A stretch of DNA of 64,000 nucleotides from Geopsychrobacteraceae bacterium. Its GTDB lineage: Bacteria > Desulfobacterota > Desulfuromonadia > Desulfuromonadales > Geopsychrobacteraceae. The stretch spans positions 1,216,001 through 1,280,000 of the forward strand of contig OY759353.1 of the NCBI GenBank assembly GCA_963662315.1. Direction: 5' to 3'. Each line of letters starts with the position of its first letter. Position 1 is the first letter of the stretch. Both the position numbers and the translations under genes were made by a program. The notes beneath the pieces are model-generated. The model did not search any database. It was not told where the DNA came from and saw only the letters and a list, made by a program, of their open reading frames with translations. This document shows, piece by piece, positions 19,182 through 28,410 of this stretch.

Positions 19182-20228
19182 CTAGATTAGCAAATATCTA
19201 TCTCTAACCTGAACAGGAAGAATAGAATCAGTTTTCAGTAATATTTCACGGAGAATCATTGGATTCTCAAAATCATTAATAGTCCATTGATAACATAGTA
19301 ACATCGCTAAATATTGCTCATGAACCATCCTATCAAACAAGATTTCTTCTTTATTTCGATCAAACTGAAATGGATTGCTAGGTCCATCCCAAAGTAAAGA
19401 CCCAAGAGCATATATAGGTTTGGAGAACAATAAGGCCTCATGGAGTATATTTGAGTTGATAGAAATTACGCCAAGACAGGATTTTTGTTTTAAAAGATCT
19501 ATAGATTTTACATTGTCTCTATTATGAAATATTAAATTTCTAGAATTGCTAACTTTTAATTCTCCGTAACTATCAGATGGATGCTGAGTAAAAACTAATC
19601 TTACCTTGGTTATTCTAGATTCAAGCGTATCAATTACAGCCTGCCCAACAAGTTCATTGGCTCTTTCTTTACCATAGTAGCACTTATATTCAGAATTTGA
19701 ATGAAGTAGATTCAAATCATTTCCAGTTTGAAGCGCAACAAGATAAAAAGGATCCACCATAGAGTCCTCTACAGTGTGTCCATACAATCCCTTAAGGTTT
19801 TCAACTATCCGGTAAAACTTCTCTTCCCCCCCCAAAATAGACACATAATCATTATCGATGTTAAATTTGATGTGCGACCTTGAATTACATCCTAAACTTG
19901 AAACCTGATAAAAAAATCTTGGCAGCCACCCATGTTCACAAAAAATTTTTTTACCCTCGTAGGGATACTTACGTTTCTCAGTCCAACAAAATACGGTCTT
20001 AGGTAAGTCTCTAAAGACTTCCTTATTCATAGCAATTGTCTTATAAACTGTTATCAACAAGCGGTTTCTAATATAGTGACCATTATTACCTTCTGGCTGT
20101 TTTAGAAAGTGAGTTTTTGCCTGGGATATTTGAGGAATGACTATGTTATCAAGGCTTTCAATAAAAGGAGATTTTTTTAAAGTGTCTAGTGACCGATTCA
20201 AATCAAGAATTTCTTTAAAACTAATCAT
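19182..20228 (-). CDS. KpsS/KpsC-like capsule-synthesis protein (possible beta-Kdo transferase)
   Basis: EHGWLP, ALQ..ND, QHP, ISINS..HEALL..KP..LG motifs typical of the KpsC/KpsS family; AT-rich. Confidence 0.6.
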   Translation of the reverse strand: MISFKEILDLNRSLDTLKKSPFIESLDNIVIPQISQAKTHFLKQPEGNNGHYIRNRLLITVYKTIAMNKEVFRDLPKTVFCWTEKRKYPYEGKKIFCEHGWLPRFFYQVSSLGCNSRSHIKFNIDNDYVSILGGEEKFYRIVENLKGLYGHTVEDSMVDPFYLVALQTGNDLNLLHSNSEYKCYYGKERANELVGQAVIDTLESRITKVRLVFTQHPSDSYGELKVSNSRNLIFHNRDNVKSIDLLKQKSCLGVISINSNILHEALLFSKPIYALGSLLWDGPSNPFQFDRNKEEILFDRMVHEQYLAMLLCYQWTINDFENPMILREILLKTDSILPVQVRDRYLLI

Positions 20229-20393
20229 GACAGCAATGCACCTTTAAAATCATCTAACTTTATTAGATTTGCTTTTTCATGACACTTCATAGCGCCAAAG
20301 AATATTTTGGATAGTAGCATTCTCTAAAAATTTTAGAGACTTATATTGAAATAAATTAAAGTCATAAGAAGAACTCAATATCTCTAAGAGAAA

Positions 20394-21620
20394 CTACAAA
20401 TTCAAGACAGAGTATATGGATTCTTTGATATTTTGATTTACTAACACTCTATCTTTATCATAGCTTGAATCAAAATAAGACATAACTGTAGGCCAATTTC
20501 GATCTAAATAAACTATGTTGCATAAATCTAAGGAGATATCATTTATTGCTTTAAACTCAGGAATCAATCGCATATCTGAAAACCCATAAACATCCGTACC
20601 GAAAGTATCCATGCTATCTAGATATATAACAGGACAACCAATCTTTAAAATATCAAGTATCGCAGATGTATTACCAGCAACAATGAGATCACAATTATTG
20701 GCAAAATCCTGAACTGTCTCATAGCTTGAAGAAATTATTATGCCGCTCTTCTGATAATTGTGTCTAAGTTGGTCGCGAGGATGAAATCTTATATTCACTT
20801 GCTGAGGTTGAAAGTTTTTTTGAATATCATCAATAAGATGATCCAATACGTCTTTAGAAATTCCATAGGGCAAGCAAATTCCAAATGATTTTATAATCTC
20901 AGGCACTGAGCGAAGAGGTTTCTCATCACCGGGCAAACCATAATAAGCAATTTGTTTGGCACGTGATGCTTTTATGTTCATACGGTCTTGGCTCGCCTTA
21001 CTTTTTAACAGGTGAAGATCGACAGGAAAGGTCGGATATATTATCCCTTGATACGAGGGGGTACAAGCACCATGCAAAATAAAAATACTGGGGATATTTT
21101 CCTTTATAGCCGCAGTAATAAGAGACAATCCTCGTGGAGATAGCAATGCATGAGTAATAACTCCTTTGGCTTTTGTCTTATTTTTTGTAAAAAAATACTT
21201 ATATGCAAAAAAATCAAATAAAAATAAAATATATTTTTCCGTATCCCAGTTAGTTAAATGATTATTCTTGGCGAAACGATAAACTAACTTGATTAACCTC
21301 GGATACAGCGGAGCAATATATATCAGGATCGAAACAGAATAAAAGAACCGCTTAATAAAATTTCTTCTACAATAACTCGAACTGAAAGTAACCTCAGGAA
21401 GAATCGATTGAAGGTATTTCCTTTCTCGCTCAAATGCCGGGCCACTGCCTTTTCCAGCAAAAATAATTGAATCTTGAATTATATTAATGTGAGAAATATT
21501 TTTTATACCCTGGATAAAAACTTTCCATAGACTACCTGAGCTGCCCTCTTCATCCACACGTACCTTATAACGATTATGATTACGGATTGTAATTAATGGC
21601 CTATAGAGCAGGATATCCAT
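20394..21620 (-). CDS. Hypothetical GT-B-like polysaccharide biosynthesis protein
   Basis: 408-aa AT-rich ORF with LHG, RFHPRD and AGNTSAILD...GCPV motifs, like CMP/CDP-donor GT-B enzymes; glycan-cluster context. Confidence 0.5.
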   Translation of the reverse strand: MDILLYRPLITIRNHNRYKVRVDEEGSSGSLWKVFIQGIKNISHINIIQDSIIFAGKGSGPAFERERKYLQSILPEVTFSSSYCRRNFIKRFFYSVSILIYIAPLYPRLIKLVYRFAKNNHLTNWDTEKYILFLFDFFAYKYFFTKNKTKAKGVITHALLSPRGLSLITAAIKENIPSIFILHGACTPSYQGIIYPTFPVDLHLLKSKASQDRMNIKASRAKQIAYYGLPGDEKPLRSVPEIIKSFGICLPYGISKDVLDHLIDDIQKNFQPQQVNIRFHPRDQLRHNYQKSGIIISSSYETVQDFANNCDLIVAGNTSAILDILKIGCPVIYLDSMDTFGTDVYGFSDMRLIPEFKAINDISLDLCNIVYLDRNWPTVMSYFDSSYDKDRVLVNQNIKESIYSVLNL

Positions 21621-21633
21621 AAAGTAAAAAACC

Positions 21634-22728
21634 TTATTCTTTCGTTCGTAAAGCAGTTAACTTGTTAAAAAGGGATTTATACTGCCCTACTATCACTTCT
21701 TTAGAAAAGTTTTTATTCAACTTCTCCATTCCAGCATCAACCATTCTTTGTAACTGGTCAGCTGGCATTTCCAGGATGTTGGTAATGTGTCTGGCACAAT
21801 CATCAACATCATCTACGTCAAACAACAATCCATTCTTACCATGATCAATCAACCATCTGGGCCCATCACTATTTGCCGCAAGGATTGGTTTTCCCGCCTG
21901 CCAAGCTTCAAGAATGACATTCCCTAACGGTTCATAGCGGCTTGGCAATACAACAATATCTGCCATATTAAGCAAAGCGGGAACATCTCTCCGTAATCCA
22001 AGAAAAAGAACTCGGTGGGAAAGATTAAGATGTTCCGTCAACTTCTTAAGTTGTTTCTCCAGACGCCCTGCACCAGCGATCAATAAGTAAGTATTTTCCG
22101 GAAGAAGGGTCATCGCTTCAATTAACGTGTCCTGTGCTTTTGCGGGATGAAGACGACCAAGGGTTAATAAAACTTTAGCCCCAGCTGGTATTTTTGGCAA
22201 ATCGCCAGTAGCCTGTAATGCATCAGGGAATTCGGCAAAGTTGGAAATAACTTCTATCTGTTGCTTTGGCCAGCCTTTAGAAAGAACCAGATGACGAAGG
22301 GTTGGTTGATTCACCACAACAAAATCACAGTTGTTATAGGTTTTTTTAGAATTACCATGCCCCATTCGAGCGATATGGATCGCTGCTGGATAGTGTATAA
22401 TTTCAGGGGCAGTATTGTGATAACTCACAATAACATCAGGCTCAAAATCATCAAGATAGTTCTTTATCCTTCGGCGATCATTATATTTTGCAAACAGGGA
22501 TTGAAGGAATCGATGGGGCGCTTTATCTGAACGAAAATTTCCAGTAGCAAGATAATTAATCCCAGCATTATCAAAACGCTTTAGGCGAACTGGTAAATTA
22601 ACGGTTACCACACGTTGATCAATTTCAGGATCGTCTTGAAACGCATAAACCATTTTTTCAAAATAGGTTTGGGCCCCGCCCTCTCCTAACGTTAACAATG
22701 CCTGAACAACCTTAATTTTTTTTCCCAT
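21634..22728 (-). CDS. Glycosyltransferase family 4
   Basis: GGAQ, LGRLHPAKA, PSRYEPLGNVILEAW..GKP (EX7E). Confidence 0.9.
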   Translation of the reverse strand: MGKKIKVVQALLTLGEGGAQTYFEKMVYAFQDDPEIDQRVVTVNLPVRLKRFDNAGINYLATGNFRSDKAPHRFLQSLFAKYNDRRRIKNYLDDFEPDVIVSYHNTAPEIIHYPAAIHIARMGHGNSKKTYNNCDFVVVNQPTLRHLVLSKGWPKQQIEVISNFAEFPDALQATGDLPKIPAGAKVLLTLGRLHPAKAQDTLIEAMTLLPENTYLLIAGAGRLEKQLKKLTEHLNLSHRVLFLGLRRDVPALLNMADIVVLPSRYEPLGNVILEAWQAGKPILAANSDGPRWLIDHGKNGLLFDVDDVDDCARHITNILEMPADQLQRMVDAGMEKLNKNFSKEVIVGQYKSLFNKLTALRTKE

Positions 22729-22780
22729 AATGCCTGACAACCATTTTGAGGTTAGATGTGGTTTTGTTTTGCAAGCGCGA

Positions 22781-24340
22781 TCACCTGCACCGAGAAAGTA
22801 ACAATAAGCGCTTTGGCGTTTTAAATAATTCCAACAATAAATATTTTAAAGCGACTAACTTTAAAGGCCGTTGTTTTAATACATATGCATGTTTTTCGTA
22901 CCGAGACCTAACTTCCAGTAGTGATTTAGGACCTTTATATACTCCCTTAGCCCCTTTAGTAATGCCACCTTCCTGATAACGCTTACGAATAGAAGCATTG
23001 GGGTACGCAATGATAGAAGTTCTCGCATTCAGATCGATAAAAAAGCGCCACCGGTTCGAAGCTCGAAAACGGTCATCCAAACGAATCCCGGCAAACAGCG
23101 ATAAGGCAAAAAGATGCGCCTTGTCCCCACGCATTTTCCCGTAGATATAATCGTCTATCCAGTCGACAATCCGGATACTGTCGATATCACGCTGAGACGA
23201 TTTCCGTTCTCCATAGTTATTTGACATAAACCAGCCGCAGTCTGGATATTGTCTGATTACCGGTATTGATTTCTCAATAAAATCAGGAGCAAAAATATCA
23301 TCATCATCAAGAAAAGATACGAAATCCACACCAAGTTGCCAAAAATAATCGATACCGATATTCCTGGCCGCATTTATCCCGCCATTGTGATCTTTTTTTA
23401 TAAAAACAAATCGTTCATCCGTGTAGTCTTTTTCAAGATCTGAATAATCAACAGTGGAAGCGTCATTGACGATAGTTGCTATCCAATCTGGATAGGTCTG
23501 GGCAAGTAAAGAATCCAATGCTTCACGTAAATCATCAGGACGATTATACGTGGGGATCACGATGCCAAAGCGCAGATGGTCCTGCCGCGATGTCTGCCAG
23601 TTTTTTTTGACAAAGGGAGCATGCCGCCAGACTCCATAATTTGAATACATGACATCGGGAGGTAAGGGATCTCCATGAAAAGAGACAACGGACGTACCAG
23701 CAGGAACAACCGCCTTGCCTATGCATCCGGTATTAATACCAAGAAATCTATGCCCTTTAGCACGGCAATGCCGTTTAAAAGACACCACCTTGCCATCGCT
23801 AAAATAATGAAAGGTTTTGATATGGGCATTCAACCAGTTCTGCTCACCGACATCACGGTTCTTCCCATGATACTGATCTACGGCAGCGTGAAAATCTTTT
23901 ATCAGGGAATCCCAGATAAAAGCATGTGAACCGACTTTAAGACGATAAACAGAACCGCTGGCACGCGCACCCGTTCCCGCCCTGGCATCCTTACTCCAGT
24001 TTCTGGCAATAAGAAAATCTTGTTCTGGCTGCTCAAGAAGAAAATCGAGTTTATCGACAATGACAATATCAAGATCCAGACTGACAACCCACTCACCTTC
24101 AAGCCCGAGAAAATTTTGCTGAAAGGTCATCAACTTTTGCCAAATCCCGGTGATTCCGGAATTCGGCAATTCATGGGCTACGATTTCCGGTTTTAGGCCA
24201 GCAGGATCATCCGTGATGCAATGGAAAACAAAGGGACAAGACAAGTGACGTTTGACCATCGCATAGAGGGTATTAACGTAGTTAACACCATATTTTGTAC
24301 CCCAGCGATAGCAAATAATATTCAGCTTTGGCAAACTCAT
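22781..24340 (-). CDS. Bifunctional glycosyltransferase: N-terminal CxKWG-family GT fused to C-terminal GT2
   Basis: N-terminal CYRWGTKYGVNYVN, LDLD, FHGDP; C-terminal IVIPTYNR, VNDAS, AARN.G, FLDDDD. Confidence 0.85.
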   Translation of the reverse strand: MSLPKLNIICYRWGTKYGVNYVNTLYAMVKRHLSCPFVFHCITDDPAGLKPEIVAHELPNSGITGIWQKLMTFQQNFLGLEGEWVVSLDLDIVIVDKLDFLLEQPEQDFLIARNWSKDARAGTGARASGSVYRLKVGSHAFIWDSLIKDFHAAVDQYHGKNRDVGEQNWLNAHIKTFHYFSDGKVVSFKRHCRAKGHRFLGINTGCIGKAVVPAGTSVVSFHGDPLPPDVMYSNYGVWRHAPFVKKNWQTSRQDHLRFGIVIPTYNRPDDLREALDSLLAQTYPDWIATIVNDASTVDYSDLEKDYTDERFVFIKKDHNGGINAARNIGIDYFWQLGVDFVSFLDDDDIFAPDFIEKSIPVIRQYPDCGWFMSNNYGERKSSQRDIDSIRIVDWIDDYIYGKMRGDKAHLFALSLFAGIRLDDRFRASNRWRFFIDLNARTSIIAYPNASIRKRYQEGGITKGAKGVYKGPKSLLEVRSRYEKHAYVLKQRPLKLVALKYLLLELFKTPKRLLLLSRCR

Positions 24341-24346
24341 GGATGG

Positions 24347-25105
24347 TCAGACCTGTTCATTCCAGATATCGGCAAGCCAGGGAGTGGGACGCACATATTT
24401 ATAGATTTTCTTCCAGGCCTTCGGCGTTGGCCATTCACCGGCAATTACATCTTCAAGATCAGGTTTGCCCGTAAATGCGACAATTTTGACATAGCTTGGT
24501 GGCTGCTTTGGCGTGATAAAAAAATTCAGGGGCCATTTAGGGATCATCGTATGCTTGAAACCGGTACACCACTCAAGCGGGTACATTTTGAAAGACCCCA
24601 ACGTGCGACTACAAAAAGTTTGGCTATTCACGTACTGGTTGAGCATTCCCATAGGGTCCGCACTGAAACGTTCCCAAATTTTCGTTAAAGCACCAATGCG
24701 GTAGCGAAAAACCGACATATTACCAATCCCCTTACCAGGCTGGGTCCAATTTTCACTGACCACGTAAGGTTCCTCAGGAGCATAATCCCACAAATCATCG
24801 ATGGACCCTGTAATTATTAGATCAAGATCAAGATGTAAAACATTGCCGGTCAGGTCATACAAGCTTTCCTGAAACAGAAACATTCTTCTGAACCCCTTAA
24901 AACGAAATGTTTCTGGCAAGTCAAAAGGTGGCATAGGTTTGATTTCAACTTCAGGCCTGATTCCTTCATTATTGTCCGTAATGCAGACAAAACGTAAATC
25001 ACGTTGAGTGTTGCGACGCACCATAGCATAAAGCCGATTTACATATTCTGATCCGTAACGCTCACCCCATTTAAGGCAGATAACGGTTATTTTTTGGTTG
25101 TTCAT
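24347..25105 (-). CDS. Putative GT-A glycosyltransferase (CxKWG..Y..EYVN family)
   Basis: CLKWGERYGSEYVNRLYAMV, CITD, LDLD, SVFRY, AFTGKP. Confidence 0.75.
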   Translation of the reverse strand: MNNQKITVICLKWGERYGSEYVNRLYAMVRRNTQRDLRFVCITDNNEGIRPEVEIKPMPPFDLPETFRFKGFRRMFLFQESLYDLTGNVLHLDLDLIITGSIDDLWDYAPEEPYVVSENWTQPGKGIGNMSVFRYRIGALTKIWERFSADPMGMLNQYVNSQTFCSRTLGSFKMYPLEWCTGFKHTMIPKWPLNFFITPKQPPSYVKIVAFTGKPDLEDVIAGEWPTPKAWKKIYKYVRPTPWLADIWNEQV

Positions 25106-25150
25106 ATATGTTCACTTTCATAAAAAAAGTATCAGGCAGCAACAGAAAAA

Positions 25151-26251
25151 TTACACTGCTTGACCAAGGCATTTTCGATAAACATTCAGGGTCTTGCTGA
25201 CCATCTGGTCCAATAAAAAATTATCTAGAACATAGGTCCTGAGCCTGGAGATATCTAAATACCTACAACGGCAGATAGCATCACCAAGCCCCTCAACGTC
25301 CTCAGGGTCAACTAAAAATCCGGTTTCCCCATCAACAATAATATCCAAGGCCCCTCCATGTCTGGTTCCGACAACCGGGGTGCCCATTGCCATGGACTCT
25401 ATCATTGTTCGACCAAAACTCTCAGGTTTTTTCGAACATGAAACCAGAACTTGACTCAGAGCATTGATTTCAGGAATCTCTTTGCGACTGCCTGCAAAAG
25501 TAATCAGATTGTCCGCACCAATATTGACCACAAGTTTTTTCAGACTGTCATAATAGTTTTGCTTATCAAAGCGTACCCCCCCAACAATAAGTCCATGAAT
25601 ATTAGGAATAACTGTCGAGGCATACTTTATAGCCCGAATAAACGTTTCATAATCTTTCAACTCGGTAATTCTACCGACAGAACTTACAACAAATTTATCT
25701 TCCAGAAAATATTCCTTCCTGAACAATTCTATCCACTGTTTATCCAATGATTCGGGATTGAATTCAAGAGGATCTATCCCACGATGGATAACATCGATTT
25801 TAAGGTCAGGAACACGATAATGCTTCTGGATATATGATTTTATCGCTGAACTTACACAAATAACCCGATCGCCCCTGGTCATGATTCGACTATAGAAGTT
25901 AACACTGTTGAAACCATGAACAGTTGTTACAAAAGGAATATGCACTGAGCGATTTGCAAGCCACGCAAGCCAGGCTGGAATTCGGCTGCGTGCATGAATA
26001 ATATCCGGATTAATTGTTTTAAGCAGACGGTAGAGGTTGAAAACTCTCACGGGAAACGTAAATATATTTTTACTGCAGACATCACATTCTATATGTTCAC
26101 CACCATCTGCAACAATCTGGTTAACTAAACGGCCTCCGGCACTGATAACCACATTGTCATGACCACGGCGGACAAACTCACGATTAAGCTCCACCACTCC
26201 ACGCTCTACACCACCTTCATTCAGCTCTGGTAATAACTGCAATATTTTCAT
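25151..26251 (-). CDS. Glycosyltransferase family 4
   Basis: GGVERG, HARSRIPAW, TTVHG, GRIT.LK, ESFGRTMIESM; start coupled (TGATG) to the upstream stop. Confidence 0.92.
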   Translation of the reverse strand: MKILQLLPELNEGGVERGVVELNREFVRRGHDNVVISAGGRLVNQIVADGGEHIECDVCSKNIFTFPVRVFNLYRLLKTINPDIIHARSRIPAWLAWLANRSVHIPFVTTVHGFNSVNFYSRIMTRGDRVICVSSAIKSYIQKHYRVPDLKIDVIHRGIDPLEFNPESLDKQWIELFRKEYFLEDKFVVSSVGRITELKDYETFIRAIKYASTVIPNIHGLIVGGVRFDKQNYYDSLKKLVVNIGADNLITFAGSRKEIPEINALSQVLVSCSKKPESFGRTMIESMAMGTPVVGTRHGGALDIIVDGETGFLVDPEDVEGLGDAICRCRYLDISRLRTYVLDNFLLDQMVSKTLNVYRKCLGQAV

Positions 26252-27189
26252 CAGCAACTCCTTGTTAAAAGAGCAGCCAGATCCAGTTTAGCATTAGCTT
26301 TGCCTATCTGCCCATTAAAGATATGGAGACATTTAAGCTGGGCAAGATGGTCGATAAGCTTGTGCAGTTTAGAACTCTTTCCAGTTCCTTCCAGAAGAGG
26401 TAAGATTTCAATGCAAGCACTACCCGAACAGACGGCTTCACTCACCATGGAACTTGAATCCGCTGTAATAAAAACGTATTCACAAGTGGCCAAAAAATCA
26501 GGAATAGGGTTGATCTGATTCTTTGAATAAAATACTGCCCAATCAAAATCCTGACTTTCAATCATCTGTTCAACGGCAATGGAGGTGCGTCTTGAGGTCG
26601 TTATCCAGACCCGATGGTCTGGCAACTGCTGTCTGATTTGAAGAATCTGCTTTTCCAGATTTTCAGCCGACAGGCAGCCATGGACGGAATCGCCGCCTAT
26701 AATGAGAGCTAAATATTTGTACCCCGGCTGTGGCGTTACCAGATTTTCTGGTGTCGAGCAGGATAAATTAACTGGAATGGTCAATATGTTATCAGCGGCA
26801 GGGGGATTGTCATGTCGTTGGGCAACGATCAAATCGAATACTAACCGGTAACCCTTTGGAAGCATTATTGCGACAGAAGCAACCCCTAGCACTCTGGACA
26901 AGCAGCGAGTGCCATAGTAAGTAGATGATCCGGCAGAAACAATAGCGGCATAATCACCTGCTACCGATTGCACATTGACCAGTCGTAGACTATATATTCC
27001 GCAGCGATCAGCCAGGTAACTAAGAGCTTTAGCTCCAGGAAAGCGAAAACTCACTGTCACAACATCGTATTTGCAATCCAATAAACGAGCGAAAGCAATC
27101 GCCTGGTTAACGTGCCCGGGCTTTCCGTCGCTCAAAATCAGAATTCGCTGCCCGGCTAATGACGCAGGATCAAATTTCTTCGGCTTCAT
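26251..27189 (-). CDS. ELM1/GtrOC1-family putative glycosyltransferase
   Basis: LSDGKPGHVNQA, IIGGDS, TTSRRT, NPI, ITADSSSMVSEA. Confidence 0.88.
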   Translation of the reverse strand: MKPKKFDPASLAGQRILILSDGKPGHVNQAIAFARLLDCKYDVVTVSFRFPGAKALSYLADRCGIYSLRLVNVQSVAGDYAAIVSAGSSTYYGTRCLSRVLGVASVAIMLPKGYRLVFDLIVAQRHDNPPAADNILTIPVNLSCSTPENLVTPQPGYKYLALIIGGDSVHGCLSAENLEKQILQIRQQLPDHRVWITTSRRTSIAVEQMIESQDFDWAVFYSKNQINPIPDFLATCEYVFITADSSSMVSEAVCSGSACIEILPLLEGTGKSSKLHKLIDHLAQLKCLHIFNGQIGKANAKLDLAALLTRSC

Positions 27190-27337
27190 CGCTCAACATA
27201 ACCGGAATGCCATTACGAACGGGGTAGCGTAAAGCACATTTTTTGCACAATAAAAAGTCATTTACAGGATCCTGCTGAATATCCCCTTTACATTTGGGGC
27301 AGGCAAGAACCTCTAGCAACTCGGGGCTTACAGGCAT
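27170..27337 (-). CDS. ycaR: Trm112/YcaR-family small protein (55 aa; not in ORF track)
   Basis: Manual translation MPVSPELLEVLACPKCKGDIQQDPVNDFLLCKKCALRYPVRNGIPVMLSDEAEEI; GGAG RBS; classical position after lpxK. Confidence 0.9.
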   Translation of the reverse strand: MPVSPELLEVLACPKCKGDIQQDPVNDFLLCKKCALRYPVRNGIPVMLSDEAEEI

Positions 27338-28410
27338 CGTTGATCTCCATGCAACTTTTTCATAATAGTATCAATAAACAGATCTTTATCAGAAATTTTA
27401 ATTTCCAAAGGAATCTGATAGCAAGGCCGGTGAAACTTCTCTGCAGACAGTTTCACCGCATCCTTTTCTGTTGTAATAAAAGCTTGAGCTGTTGAGATAT
27501 CCTCAAGAGATTTCAATATAACAGAATTGTATTCTGTATGATCATTAAAACTAAAACGCTCTACAAGTTTTAATCCTCTCTCTTCTAAAGATTTGAAAAA
27601 ACTATCAGGGTCGGCAATTCCTGCAAAAGCGCATAGATTCAGATCTCTCAGGACATCCAATGCGACTATTTCTCCTGACAGGGAAGCAACCTGACCACTT
27701 AGCTGATAAGTCGCATAAAAGGCAGGGAGGGAACGATAACTGGACGCCCCGACACTATGTGACCGAGTAAAAATAATCAGGTCAGCCCGCTTAAGAGCAC
27801 TGCCAGACTCGCGAAGTAATCCGGCGGGTAACAGCCAACCATTGCCAAAAGGTTGCTGTGCATCCAACAGAACCAGATTAATATCTCTGGCAACGGCGCG
27901 GTGTTGAAATCCATCGTCAAGAATGATCACATCCACAGAGGAAAACTGCCGTTCAATAAGCCGAAGACCATGTTTGCGCCTCCGAGCGATGACAACAGGA
28001 ACTCCTGTATTTCTGGTTGCCAACAGGTACGGCTCATCGCCAGCAACTATGGCTGACATTAACAATTGACACTCATCGGAAACACACCCGGCTTCGCCAT
28101 TGAAGTTTCCACCATAGCCGCGACTTAAAATAGCGACATGGAGTCCTCGCCCCTTAAACTCTTTAACCAGGAAATCGACAACAGGAGTCTTCCCGGTTCC
28201 TCCTGCAGCCAGGTTACCCACAGAGACAACCGGTATTGACGAGCGATATTCGCGCCTGAGCCTGCAATCAAAAGCGATGTTGCGCAACCATACCACCAAG
28301 CCATAAACGAATGAAATGGGAAGCAACGCGTAGAGTATCAGAGCTTCACTGGCAGAAGAGGGTCCTTGAGAAACAAGGCGTCTGTGAATTTTATGGAGCT
28401 GAGACCACAT
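27328..28410 (-). CDS. lpxK: Tetraacyldisaccharide 4'-kinase
   Basis: SVGNL.AGGTGKTP, SRGYG, GDEP, LDDGFQH, LLPAG.LRE, TTEKDAVK. Confidence 0.97.
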   Translation of the reverse strand: MWSQLHKIHRRLVSQGPSSASEALILYALLPISFVYGLVVWLRNIAFDCRLRREYRSSIPVVSVGNLAAGGTGKTPVVDFLVKEFKGRGLHVAILSRGYGGNFNGEAGCVSDECQLLMSAIVAGDEPYLLATRNTGVPVVIARRRKHGLRLIERQFSSVDVIILDDGFQHRAVARDINLVLLDAQQPFGNGWLLPAGLLRESGSALKRADLIIFTRSHSVGASSYRSLPAFYATYQLSGQVASLSGEIVALDVLRDLNLCAFAGIADPDSFFKSLEERGLKLVERFSFNDHTEYNSVILKSLEDISTAQAFITTEKDAVKLSAEKFHRPCYQIPLEIKISDKDLFIDTIMKKLHGDQRCL

